DNA of 32,000 nucleotides from an uncultured Muribaculaceae bacterium. GTDB lineage: Bacteria; Pseudomonadota; Alphaproteobacteria; Rs-D84. Below, one piece after another: positions 1 to 9,102 of this stretch (within the stretch, counting starts at the first letter, position 1; each line of letters begins with the position of its first letter). The stretch covers positions 541,101-573,100 of the forward strand of contig OZ246409.1 in NCBI GenBank assembly GCA_965231035.1. Reading direction: 5' to 3'. The notes below the pieces were generated by a model. The model was not told where the DNA came from, made no database searches, and was given only the letters and a program-made list of their open reading frames with translations. Both the position numbers and the translations under genes were made by a program.

Positions 1-622
1 CGTGAGTAATCATAACAATTGTTATACCCATTTCACGGTTCAATTTTTCAAAGAATTTCAATATATCATTACCCATTTTGGTATCCAAAGCACCTGTGGG
101 TTCGTCAGCCAAGATTAATTTTGGGTCACCAGCTAATGCACGCGCAATGGCAACACGTTGTTTCATTCCACCAGATAATTGTGTTGGTAAATAAGTTTCA
201 AATTTTTCCAATTCTACGCGTTTTAGCATATCTCTTGCCCGTCTGACACGTTCATCTGTTGACAAACCTTTATACATTAAAGGTAACATAACATTGTCTA
301 AAACAGACCTTTTTGGAAGCAGGTTAAAGTTCTGAAAAACAAACCCGATATATTCATTCCTGACAAGTGCTAGTTCATCAGCAGTAAGGTTGGTAACATC
401 TTTGTCATAAAGCTTGTATGTGCCAGAACTAGGCGTATCCAGTGCACCAATAATATTCATACAGGTTGATTTACCGCTTCCGCTGGGTCCCATAATTGAT
501 ACAAATTCACCGGCTTTGATATCAAAGTTTATATCGAATAAAACTTGCTCGCTGCCGCCCATTTCAACAGGAAAGCTTTTACAGATTTTCTTTAAAGAAA
601 TTATATTTTTAGATGTTTGCAT
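1..622 (-). CDS. ABC transporter ATP-binding protein/domain, MacB/LolD-like (partial; C-terminal part runs off the window start)
   Basis: Minus-strand translation from the ATG at 622-620 gives MQTSKNIISLKKICKSF...GEFVSIMGPSGSGKST (Walker A)...LSGGMKQRVAIARAL (ABC signature)...LILADEPTGALD (Walker B). It is absent from the ORF track because it is open at the window edge. It starts 11 nt after the adaptor gene stop. Confidence 0.85.
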   Translation of the reverse strand, partial: MQTSKNIISLKKICKSFPVEMGGSEQVLFDINFDIKAGEFVSIMGPSGSGKSTCMNIIGALDTPSSGTYKLYDKDVTNLTADELALVRNEYIGFVFQNFNLLPKRSVLDNVMLPLMYKGLSTDERVRRARDMLKRVELEKFETYLPTQLSGGMKQRVAIARALAGDPKLILADEPTGALDTKMGNDILKFFEKLNREMGITIVMITH

Positions 623-633
623 AAATTAATCCA

Positions 634-1812
634 TTACATTGGACCGCCGCCAGGACCGCCGCCGCCGCCCATATTACTGGTTTTAGAAGCAGTTTTACCC
701 AGAACACCGGTTATAACCTTGTCCCCATCTTTTAAATCTTTGGAAACAAGTTCAGTTTCTGTTGATGTTGTAAGCCCTTTGGTATAAGCAACCAAAACAA
801 CAGAATTATTACGTTCTATGGGTAAATGTGTTTTAGGGGTGGCTGAACCAGGTTTGGAAACTATACCTTCAAAATTTCTAAGCAAAAATGCCGAGTTCGA
901 AACACGTAAAACATCTTTTTTATCTTCAATAATAATTGTTACGAATGCGGTCATTCCTGGCATCAAGCGCATATCTGAATTATCAACATCAATAACAACT
1001 GTGTAAACAACAACATTTGAAGTTGTTGTTGGCGAAAGTCTTATTTGACGGACATTTCCACTGAAAGTCTGTGTTGGATAAGCATCAACTGTAAAAGTAA
1101 CTGGCAGGCCTTCTTTTATCATTCCAATATCGGCCTCGGACACAGAAGTTTCAATTTGCATTTTTGATAAATCTTCAGCAATTTCAAACAAATCAGGCGT
1201 TTGAAAAGAAGCAGCAACAGTTTGACCCTTATCAACCTTTCGGGCTATGACAGTGCCATCAACAGGCGATTTAATAGTTGCATAATCTAAATTTGTTGCA
1301 GCGCGTTCATATTCGGACTTTGCACGTTTTACAGATTGTTCAGCTTGTTCGTATGTTGTTTGAGACTGTTCCAGTTCTGCCCTGGCGATAAAACCGTCTG
1401 AATAAAGAGATTTATTTCGAGTATATTCGTTTTTGGCGTAATTGCGCTGAGATTCGCTGCTTAATAAAGAGGCTTTGGCCTCAGCTACGTTTGCTTTTAG
1501 TACCGAAGGGTCAATAGTAAGCAATATATCGCCTTTTTTAACCTTGGAATTATAATCTACATAGATTTTTTGAATTGTTCCACTGACTTGGGATCCAACA
1601 TTTACAGTATTTACAGGTTTTATTTCACCTGTGGCTGTTACAACCTGGCGAAGTTCGCCACGGGATACACTGACAGTTGCAAACTTAGAAGATGTTTGAT
1701 CCTTATTACCACTTGATATCAAAGACCAGCCAACAATAATCACCAAAATGGTGATTAACCACCATTTTTTTCTCTTAATCCAAGCTACAAACGTATTAGA
1801 TTCTTTTATCAT
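634..1812 (-). CDS. HlyD/MacA-family periplasmic efflux adaptor (membrane fusion protein)
   Basis: 392-aa ORF with an N-terminal TM anchor (WWLITILVIIVGW). It has a lipoyl/barrel-sandwich-like GTIQKIYVDYNSKVKKGDILLTIDP segment, a coiled-coil middle and a C-terminal beta-barrel region. It lies between TolC-like and ABC ATPase genes, with an ATGA overlap with the upstream gene. Confidence 0.85.
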   Translation of the reverse strand: MIKESNTFVAWIKRKKWWLITILVIIVGWSLISSGNKDQTSSKFATVSVSRGELRQVVTATGEIKPVNTVNVGSQVSGTIQKIYVDYNSKVKKGDILLTIDPSVLKANVAEAKASLLSSESQRNYAKNEYTRNKSLYSDGFIARAELEQSQTTYEQAEQSVKRAKSEYERAATNLDYATIKSPVDGTVIARKVDKGQTVAASFQTPDLFEIAEDLSKMQIETSVSEADIGMIKEGLPVTFTVDAYPTQTFSGNVRQIRLSPTTTSNVVVYTVVIDVDNSDMRLMPGMTAFVTIIIEDKKDVLRVSNSAFLLRNFEGIVSKPGSATPKTHLPIERNNSVVLVAYTKGLTTSTETELVSKDLKDGDKVITGVLGKTASKTSNMGGGGGPGGGPM

Positions 1813-3125
1813 TTTGTCACCTTATCCAGTTCAGATTTTATATCACCAATAGCTAATGCCACAGCGGCACGTTTTGTAAACAAATCGTATCTGGCAGCAT
1901 TGTGTTCTTTTTGGGCATCCGCTAAATCGGCCTGGGCTGTTTGCCAATCCAGCATGGTTGCACGTCCAACTTTATACATTCCAGCTGTGACACGTTCGCT
2001 TTCTGTTGCGGATTTTAATAATATTTCAGTCTGGGATAAAACATTCTGGGCGGTTTTATAATTTTGATACGCTGTGAACACATCCAGCGTGGCTGCATCA
2101 GATGTTGCTCTTTCTTGGGCCTGTGCACGTTCATAAGTGGCGTTTGCACTGCGAACCCCATACATATTAGCAAAACCAGCAAATATTGGCATAGATGCAC
2201 GAATTCCAATACTGCCGCTGTAACGGCTGTTTGCAGGGTCATATGTATCCGGTGATGGGTTATAAGATACAGTTCCAGTTGCAGATATACTTGGTAAATT
2301 TTTCAAAAATGTCGAGTTTCTACGATGCCAAGCAGCCTCGCGATTAGCGGTGGCACTAAGCAGATCAGGTCGGGTTTTCTTTGCTTGGTCAATAAGGTCA
2401 TCAATACTTTTGTTTTCGGTACTTTTTCCAAAATCTGATGGCATATCAGAAATTTTAATATCCTGGTCAGCAGAGAATGAAAGTTTTGAAAGTAATGTTC
2501 CCTTGGCAATTTCACGATTATTTTTTGCCTTTTCTACTTCCAGAATACGAGTAGCAAGTGAAGTATCTGCTTTTAATACATCAGCCCGTGCCACTGCACC
2601 AGCTTTGAATTTTTTATCTGCTGTGTCGCGGGCAGTTTGTGCAGCGGTTTTTAATGCCTGAGCTGTTACAACGTCTGCATTCGCGTTAAGCAACGAATAA
2701 TAAGAACCAATAATACCATAAACATAATTTTGAACAGATTCGTCATAATCGAAACCAGTGGCGCGCCATGTTGCAGCCAAAGTATTTAAATCTTCTAATC
2801 TTTTTCCAAAATCAAAAATCAAATAAGACGCCGATAAAGAAGCACCCTTTGACCAATCGTCCCATTCACGATTTTGATAATTTTTTGTTGCTGAAACAGA
2901 TGCGCTTACACTGGGTAAGTATTCTGCATAACCAGCATTTTTGTTTAATCTGGCTGCTTCGGATGAAAGATAAGCAGCGGAAGTTGTTGGATTTCTGCAT
3001 AATCCCAGTTCAATTACTTGCTGTAAAGACAGCTCGCCCGATGGGACATTCTTTATGGATAAACAATCATCATAAGCAAATGCGACAGAAGGCAAAAAGC
3101 AAAATGCCAAAATTATTTTCTTCAT
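1809..3125 (-). CDS. TolC-family outer membrane efflux protein
   Basis: 438 aa with a signal peptide (MKKIILAFCFLPSVAFA). It shows a two-fold repeated coiled-coil/beta organisation with typical TolC motifs (LSLQQVIELGLCRNP..., YLPSVSA). It is the first gene of a three-gene efflux operon. Confidence 0.85.
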   Translation of the reverse strand: MKKIILAFCFLPSVAFAYDDCLSIKNVPSGELSLQQVIELGLCRNPTTSAAYLSSEAARLNKNAGYAEYLPSVSASVSATKNYQNREWDDWSKGASLSASYLIFDFGKRLEDLNTLAATWRATGFDYDESVQNYVYGIIGSYYSLLNANADVVTAQALKTAAQTARDTADKKFKAGAVARADVLKADTSLATRILEVEKAKNNREIAKGTLLSKLSFSADQDIKISDMPSDFGKSTENKSIDDLIDQAKKTRPDLLSATANREAAWHRRNSTFLKNLPSISATGTVSYNPSPDTYDPANSRYSGSIGIRASMPIFAGFANMYGVRSANATYERAQAQERATSDAATLDVFTAYQNYKTAQNVLSQTEILLKSATESERVTAGMYKVGRATMLDWQTAQADLADAQKEHNAARYDLFTKRAAVALAIGDIKSELDKVTK

Positions 3126-3195
3126 TTTCTACTCTCTCATCTTCGTATTATATCACAATTTGTTGAATTTTTATCGAATTTTTGAAATTTTTCAG

Positions 3196-3224
3196 TTGAA
3201 TTTCATTTATATATTGCCTAGTAT
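3196..3224 (+). promoter_or_regulatory. Candidate sigma70-type promoter for tRNA-Cys (TTGAAT-N17-TAGTAT)
   Basis: The -35-like TTGAAT is at 3196-3201 and the -10-like TAGTAT is at 3219-3224, with 17-nt spacing. The -10 ends 15 nt before the tRNA 5' end. Confidence 0.3.
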
Positions 3225-3239
3225 TGTTTCGCAAATGAT

Positions 3240-3313
3240 GGCTCGGTGGCAGAGTGGTTATGCAGAGGACTGCAAATCCTTGTATGCCGGTTCGATTCCG
3301 ACCCGGGCCTCCA
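3240..3313 (+). tRNA. tRNA-Cys (GCA)
   Basis: 74 nt. The acceptor stem GGCTCGG/CCGGGCC pairs (one G-U). The anticodon loop is CTGCAAA with GCA in the anticodon position. A GGTTCGATTCC T-arm and an encoded CCA end are present. Confidence 0.93.
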
Positions 3314-3328
3314 AATTCAGGTTTAAGA

Positions 3329-3385
3329 TTTGAGATTTAAGGTTGAAAGTAAAATTATAAATTTCCTCAAACCTTAAATCTCAAA
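3329..3385. repeat. Perfect 16-bp inverted repeat (hairpin) between tRNA-Cys and recF
   Basis: TTTGAGATTTAAGGTT (3329-3344) is the exact reverse complement of AACCTTAAATCTCAAA (3370-3385). The loop is 25 nt. The right arm ends 10 nt before the recF ATG, and no T-run follows. Confidence 0.6.
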
Positions 3386-3395
3386 CCCTAAAACT

Positions 3396-4469
3396 ATGAT
3401 TAATTCTCTAATTCTTACCGATTTCAGAAACCATGCATCCAGTCGCGTGAATGTTGAAAATTCAAAAAATATAATAATTACTGGACCAAATGGATCCGGG
3501 AAAACTGCAATACTGGAAGCTATATCAATGTTATCAGGTGATCGTGGTATGCGTGGTGCCACAATGTCCGAGATTGCACGTTTTGATGGTTCTGGTGGAT
3601 TTAATATTTTTGCGAATTTAGAAGATGAAACCGAGATTGCAGTTTTCTTTGCAAAAGATGATTCGAATCGTCATGCAAAGATAGATAAAGACAATTCACC
3701 GCTTTCGGAACTGGCATCCAGGCTAAGTATTGTTTGGTTAACCCCAAAAGAAGACAGGTTATTTGTGGATTCTGCATCAGACAGACGCACTTTTTTTGAC
3801 AGATTAATCGCCAGCTTTGATGCGCCACATTCTGGTCGTGTGGCCAGGTTAGGGAAATTGCTTTCGGAACGGGCTTTTGCATTAAAAAGCAGGGCGGATG
3901 ATAATTGGTTGCGGGCCTTAGAAACACAAATTGCAGGAATTTCTGTTGCTGTTGTGGCGGCACGTATCAGATATGCAGCCGAAATAAATTATTTTTTAGA
4001 AAGCAGTGCAATATCTGTATGCGGTCAGATTGAAACTTTGTTGCTAAACAGTTCGTCTGCAGATGCAGAAAAAGAATACTTGAAATATTTGTCAGAAAAC
4101 CGTGGGTTACAAGGTGACAAAATGGTAATAGACGGCGCGCATAAATCTGATTTTGGTGTTTTTAACAAAGTTTTAAACTTGCCTGTGTCACTTACCAGCA
4201 CGGGTCAGCAGAAATCAGTGCTTATTGATTTGATATTGGCACATTCAAAATTAATCAGAACCAAGACTGGTAAAACACCAATTGTTTTATTAGACGAAGC
4301 AGCGGCACATCTGGATTCAACTGCCAGAGAAAGGCTTTTTAATGAATTAGGTGCGGTCGATGCCCAGGTTTGGGCAACAGGTTTGGAACCAGAAGTTTTT
4401 AAATCTTGTAAGAACGCCGTATTTGTTTCTTGCAAGGATGGTAAAATTTTTAATATACTGGAATCATGA
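3396..4469 (+). CDS. recF: DNA replication and repair protein RecF
   Basis: N-terminus MINSLILTDFRNHASSRV...ITGPNGSGKTAILEAISMLS (RecF Walker A context). The SMC-like signature GQQKSVLIDLILA and Walker B VLLDEAAAHLD are present. Length is 357 aa. Confidence 0.9.
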   Translation: MINSLILTDFRNHASSRVNVENSKNIIITGPNGSGKTAILEAISMLSGDRGMRGATMSEIARFDGSGGFNIFANLEDETEIAVFFAKDDSNRHAKIDKDNSPLSELASRLSIVWLTPKEDRLFVDSASDRRTFFDRLIASFDAPHSGRVARLGKLLSERAFALKSRADDNWLRALETQIAGISVAVVAARIRYAAEINYFLESSAISVCGQIETLLLNSSSADAEKEYLKYLSENRGLQGDKMVIDGAHKSDFGVFNKVLNLPVSLTSTGQQKSVLIDLILAHSKLIRTKTGKTPIVLLDEAAAHLDSTARERLFNELGAVDAQVWATGLEPEVFKSCKNAVFVSCKDGKIFNILES

Positions 4470-4933
4470 AAAAAATAGATTATCAAAAATTATTAGATAA
4501 CGCTCTGAAATCTGTTGTAAAAGATGCGCTGGTTCATGCACAATTTAATGGGTTAGGTGATGGTGCGCACTTTTTTATTACTTTCAAGACACGCGATCCC
4601 GGTGTTGTACTGCCAGATTTTCTGCGTATGAGATACCCAGACATCATGACAATTGTTTTGCAGTATTCTTATAACAATCTGAATGTATCCGAAAAAGAGT
4701 TTGGCGTTCAATTGACTTTTGATGGTCGTCCGTTCTTTATTCGCGTGCCTTATTCCTCATTGATTGAATTCAAAGACCCCAGCGTGGACTTTATGTTGTC
4801 TTTTCATCCAAAAGGTTCACAATCTGCGGGAAATGATATGGAATTGCCCTTGGGCGAAGAGAAAGCAAACACAGATGATAAAAGAGTAGTAAGCTTTGAT
4901 GATTTCAGAAAGAAAAAGACAGATAAAAAATAA
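4466..4933 (+). CDS. sspB: SspB-like ClpXP adaptor (alpha-proteobacterial type)
   Basis: 155 aa. The pattern FFITFKTRDPGVVLPDFLRMRYPDIMTIVLQYSYNNLNVSEKEFGVQLTFDGRPFFIRVPYSSLIEFKDPSVDF matches the remembered SspB fold motifs, followed by an acidic/basic tail. It has an ATGA overlap with recF. Confidence 0.55.
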   Translation: MKKIDYQKLLDNALKSVVKDALVHAQFNGLGDGAHFFITFKTRDPGVVLPDFLRMRYPDIMTIVLQYSYNNLNVSEKEFGVQLTFDGRPFFIRVPYSSLIEFKDPSVDFMLSFHPKGSQSAGNDMELPLGEEKANTDDKRVVSFDDFRKKKTDKK

Positions 4934-4956
4934 AAACCGCCGTTTGGCGGTTTTTT
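4932..4956. terminator. Bidirectional rho-independent terminator shared by convergent sspB-like and accC genes
   Basis: AAAAACCGCC-GTTT-GGCGGTTTTTT. The A-run and T-run flank a GC stem. It overlaps both stop codons (4931-4933 and 4955-4957). Confidence 0.75.
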
Positions 4957-6352
4957 AATATTCTTCGTTCTTTTCTTTTTCTTCTTGTGCGGCTTCGGCC
5001 TGGGCATCTGAATTTTTCAAGAAAGTTTCCAGCCAATGGTTGTCAAAAGCCAAAGTTTTAACATCTTTATTCTTTAACAATCTTTGTTGCAATGGAATGG
5101 TTGTTTTTATACCTTCTATGACAAATTCTTCCAATGCGCGTTGTGCACGCATAATACATTGAGGACGATTTGGTGCATAAATAATCAATTTTGCAATCAT
5201 TGAATCATAGGTAGGTGGAATCACATAACCAGTATAAACAGCAGAATCAACACGAACACCCAATCCACCAGATGGTGCATAAAGTGTTATTTTTCCAGGA
5301 TTTGGAATAAATGTTTCTGGGTCTTCGGCATTAATTCTGAATTCAATTGCATGACCACTGGCGACTATATTAGCCTGGGTATAACCCAATTTTTCACCAT
5401 CGGCAATACGAATTTGTTCACGAACCAAGTCTATTCCATAAACCATTTCGGTTACAGGATGTTCCACTTGTAAACGTGTATTCATTTCCAAGAAATAGAA
5501 TTTACCGTCCTCGAACATAAATTCAAACGTTCCCGCGTTGGTATATCCCATCTTTTTTGCTGCGGTTTTACAAACCTCAATCATATCGTCGCGTTGCTTT
5601 TGTGTCAGGGCAGCAGCTGGGCATTCTTCCATAACTTTTTGATTTTTGCGTTGCAAAGAACAATCGCGTTCACCAAATATTACAACACTGCCATGTTGGT
5701 CGCCTAAAACTTGGAATTCAATATGACGTGGGTGCAGCAACAATTTTTCCATATACAAAGTATCGTCGCCAAATCCGGCGCGTGCTTCGTTTTTGGTCAT
5801 CTGAAAAGCTTCTGGCATTTCGGAAGCATTCATAATTGGACGCATACCTTTGCCACCACCACCTGCAGACGCTTTTAACATGACTGGATAACCAATTTTT
5901 TCAGCCCAATGAAGTGCTTCTTCCAGTGATTCAACAGCACCATCTGATCCTGGCACAACAGGTAAACCGCATTCAATAGCTGTTTTTTTGGCATTAACTT
6001 TGTCGCCCATTTTAACAATCATTTCTGCATTTGGTCCAATCCAAATTAATCCGTGTTGTTCAACTTTTTCAACAAAGCCTGCACGTTCTGATAAAAATCC
6101 ATATCCAGGGTGAATTGCATCTGCATTTGTTAATAAAGCAGCAGTTAAAATTGCAGATTCGTTTAAATAAGAATCTTTGGCTGGACCAGGTCCGATACAA
6201 ACAGCTTCGTCCGCCAAGTGAACATGGGTTGCGTTTTTATCAACAGTTGAATGAACCGCAACAGTTCGTATTCCCATATCACGACAGGCACGTATAACAC
6301 GCAGAGCAATTTCCCCGCGATTAGCGATTAGTACTTTTTTGATTTTTTGCAT
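4955..6352 (-). CDS. accC: Acetyl-CoA carboxylase biotin carboxylase subunit
   Basis: N-terminus MQKIKKVLIANRGEIALRVIRACRDMGI. An ATP-grasp glycine loop (KASAGGGGKGMR) and EMNTRLQVEHPVTE are present. 465 aa, immediately downstream of accB. Confidence 0.95.
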   Translation of the reverse strand: MQKIKKVLIANRGEIALRVIRACRDMGIRTVAVHSTVDKNATHVHLADEAVCIGPGPAKDSYLNESAILTAALLTNADAIHPGYGFLSERAGFVEKVEQHGLIWIGPNAEMIVKMGDKVNAKKTAIECGLPVVPGSDGAVESLEEALHWAEKIGYPVMLKASAGGGGKGMRPIMNASEMPEAFQMTKNEARAGFGDDTLYMEKLLLHPRHIEFQVLGDQHGSVVIFGERDCSLQRKNQKVMEECPAAALTQKQRDDMIEVCKTAAKKMGYTNAGTFEFMFEDGKFYFLEMNTRLQVEHPVTEMVYGIDLVREQIRIADGEKLGYTQANIVASGHAIEFRINAEDPETFIPNPGKITLYAPSGGLGVRVDSAVYTGYVIPPTYDSMIAKLIIYAPNRPQCIMRAQRALEEFVIEGIKTTIPLQQRLLKNKDVKTLAFDNHWLETFLKNSDAQAEAAQEEKEKNEEY

Positions 6353-6369
6353 GTTTATACCATTAAATC

Positions 6370-6837
6370 TTATTCAATGATGATCAAAGGTTGGTCAAAT
6401 TCGACTGCCTGACCATCTGTGATTAATATTTCTTTCACAGTGCCGTCACGATCGGCCTTAATAGGGTTAAATGTTTTCATAGCTTCAATCAAAACAACAG
6501 TATCACCGGTTTTAATTGTGCTACCCACTGATGTAAATGTTTTTGCGCCAGGTTCTGGGGCCAAATATGCAACACCAACCATTGGAGATTTTAAAGCAAA
6601 TCCACATGTTTTACCAGGTTCTGGTGTGCAGACAGCTTCTTCGGTTTTTGCCTTGATCGGCGCTGCTGTTGGAAAACTTGGCATGGCAGCAGTTGCAATA
6701 ATGTTATTTTGTTTTGATAAATGAATATGTTTGCGATAAACGCCAAACAAAAACTGTCTTTCAAGATCTAATTCGGTTATTCCCATTTCATCCATAATTT
6801 TTGACATGGATTCAACAGTTGAACGAAAAGATGACAT
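6370..6837 (-). CDS. accB: Biotin carboxyl carrier protein of acetyl-CoA carboxylase
   Basis: The C-terminal biotinyl domain carries EAMKTFNPIKAD (the biotinylated Lys motif). The start was moved to the internal ATG at 6837 (MSSFRSTVESM...), which has AAGGA 7 nt upstream. The longer track ORF (to 6948) would overlap yidD. Confidence 0.88.
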   Translation of the reverse strand: MSSFRSTVESMSKIMDEMGITELDLERQFLFGVYRKHIHLSKQNNIIATAAMPSFPTAAPIKAKTEEAVCTPEPGKTCGFALKSPMVGVAYLAPEPGAKTFTSVGSTIKTGDTVVLIEAMKTFNPIKADRDGTVKEILITDGQAVEFDQPLIIIE

Positions 6838-6905
6838 CTTATATCCTTTTAAAAGGTTAAACTTAAAATAGTGCAGAGAGAATTGTAGCACAAACAGGTC
6901 AGATG

Positions 6906-7172
6906 TCAAGGGACCGGGTCGTAACCAAAACCACCCTTTGGGTGACAACGTGAAATTCTTTTTAGACCCATAACACCGCCGCGGATTATTCCATATTTAG
7001 CAATTGCTTGTTTTGTATATTCGCTGCAGGTCGGTGTAAATCGACAAGCTGCCTTGCCCCCAGTAAAAGGCGATATTCCTGCCTGATAAATATCGATAAT
7101 AACAGCTGCAATTTTGCGAATCGTGCGTGAAACAGGGTCAATTTTTTTAATATTATTTTGATTCAGGGTCAT
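6906..7172 (-). CDS. yidD: Membrane protein insertion efficiency factor YidD
   Basis: 88 aa with YQAGISPFTGGKAACRFTPTCSEYTKQAIAKYG...RISRCHPKGGFGYDPVP, the canonical YidD motif set. It has an ATGA overlap with rnpA. Confidence 0.9.
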   Translation of the reverse strand: MTLNQNNIKKIDPVSRTIRKIAAVIIDIYQAGISPFTGGKAACRFTPTCSEYTKQAIAKYGIIRGGVMGLKRISRCHPKGGFGYDPVP

Positions 7173-7492
7173 TTTAAGAAATCCAGGGCATTTTTCATAT
7201 TTGCAACACCGGTAAGCTTGTCAGCTTTTAATATACCAATTTTTGCAATGAATACATAGTCCATATCCGGATTCATCATTTTACTATTTTCAACCAACCA
7301 AGCACGCAAAAGACGCTTGGCACGATTTCTATCAACCGCCAAAGGAAATGTTTTTTTAGTTGCAACCAGACCATACCTGGCATCGCCTGGAAATTTTGTT
7401 TTTTGTGCCTTGGCTATAAAAAAAGGTGTCCTGGCAGTTGGGCAGTTTTCAGGCATAATAAAGTCAGAATGTTTTTTAATTGTATCTCGCAT
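7169..7492 (-). CDS. rnpA: Ribonuclease P protein component
   Basis: 107 aa, basic. RYGLVATKKTFPLAVDRNRAKRLLRAW matches the RnpA RNR motif. It is followed by yidD as in the canonical cluster. Confidence 0.85.
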   Translation of the reverse strand: MRDTIKKHSDFIMPENCPTARTPFFIAKAQKTKFPGDARYGLVATKKTFPLAVDRNRAKRLLRAWLVENSKMMNPDMDYVFIAKIGILKADKLTGVANMKNALDFLK

Positions 7493-7601
7493 AGGACCAA
7501 TGATATCAAAAATATCGCATAATCAAACAAAAAATAGCATTTTTATAGTTTTCATTTCTTGATTTTTGAAATATAAGGTTTTATAGTGTGTTGAATTATG
7601 A

Positions 7602-8663
<1,062 letters not shown>

Positions 8664-8675
8664 TCAATTTCTGTG

Positions 8676-8747
8676 GATGTCTGATTGTATTTGATTTCGG
8701 TCATGTAACATTTGTACACTCCCCTCATCAAATACTGCACATGCATC
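8676..8747 (+). repeat. Hairpin-forming intergenic repeat, copy 1 (3' of mreB)
   Basis: It aligns by eye with 16109-16180, sharing CGGTCATGTA and TACACTCCC blocks. The 9-bp stem is GTATTTGAT (8687-8695) / ATCAAATAC (8727-8735). An inner mini-hairpin TGTA..TACA is present. Confidence 0.6.
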
Positions 8748-8768
8748 TCATATAAATTAATTAAAATT

Positions 8769-8789
8769 ACCGCCGTATGGCGGTTTTTT
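8769..8789 (+). terminator. Rho-independent terminator after mreB and repeat copy 1
   Basis: ACCGCC-GTAT-GGCGGT followed by TTTTTT. Confidence 0.75.
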
Positions 8790-8860
8790 AATTGCATTGC
8801 TTGTTGATTTTTAGATTTTAATTTTGTAACCTTTGGCTTGAAATAATCAAGGATTTTATC

Positions 8861-9085
8861 ATGGAAAAAAACAAGCAAAATATTGAGCAACCAAAAGAAC
8901 AGCTTTCGTTTGAAGAAGCATATAAACAATTAACAGAACTGGTTAAAAAAATGGAATCAGGTGAATTGCCTTTGGCGGATTCTGTTGCAGCTTATGAAAA
9001 AGGTATTAAATTAAAGGCTTATTGTGAACAAGTTTTAAAAGAAGCCGAATTGAAAATATCTACAATTACAAATTTGGATAAATAA
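8861..9085 (+). CDS. xseB: Exodeoxyribonuclease VII small subunit
   Basis: 74 aa. LSFEEAYKQLTELVKKMESGELPLADSVAAYEKGIKLKAYCEQVLKEAELKI matches the helical-hairpin XseB pattern. Confidence 0.85.
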   Translation: MEKNKQNIEQPKEQLSFEEAYKQLTELVKKMESGELPLADSVAAYEKGIKLKAYCEQVLKEAELKISTITNLDK

Positions 9086-9102
9086 TCTTAAAGGCACCCG
9101 CT

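Noticed and set aside
634-690. Glycine/proline-rich C-terminal tail of the efflux adaptor (NMGGGGGPGGGPM)
   Set aside because: It is a short low-complexity tail. The reading frame is intact up to a stop 11 nt before the ATPase gene. There is no sign of a frameshift or fusion, and its significance cannot be judged from sequence alone.
3163-3210. Tandem GAATTTTT / GAAATTTTT motifs upstream of the tolC-operon and tRNA-Cys promoters
   Set aside because: Spacing is irregular (11, 8 and 14 nt) and the sequence is low-complexity AT-rich. It is consistent with generic promoter-proximal A-tract/UP-like DNA and is not a defined repeat or binding-site array.
6838-6948. N-terminal extension of the accB ORF (track start at 6948)
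   Set aside because: The extension (MSPKGWFWLRPGPLTSDLF...) would overlap the yidD 3' end and has no BCCP similarity. The internal ATG at 6837 has a good AAGGA RBS.
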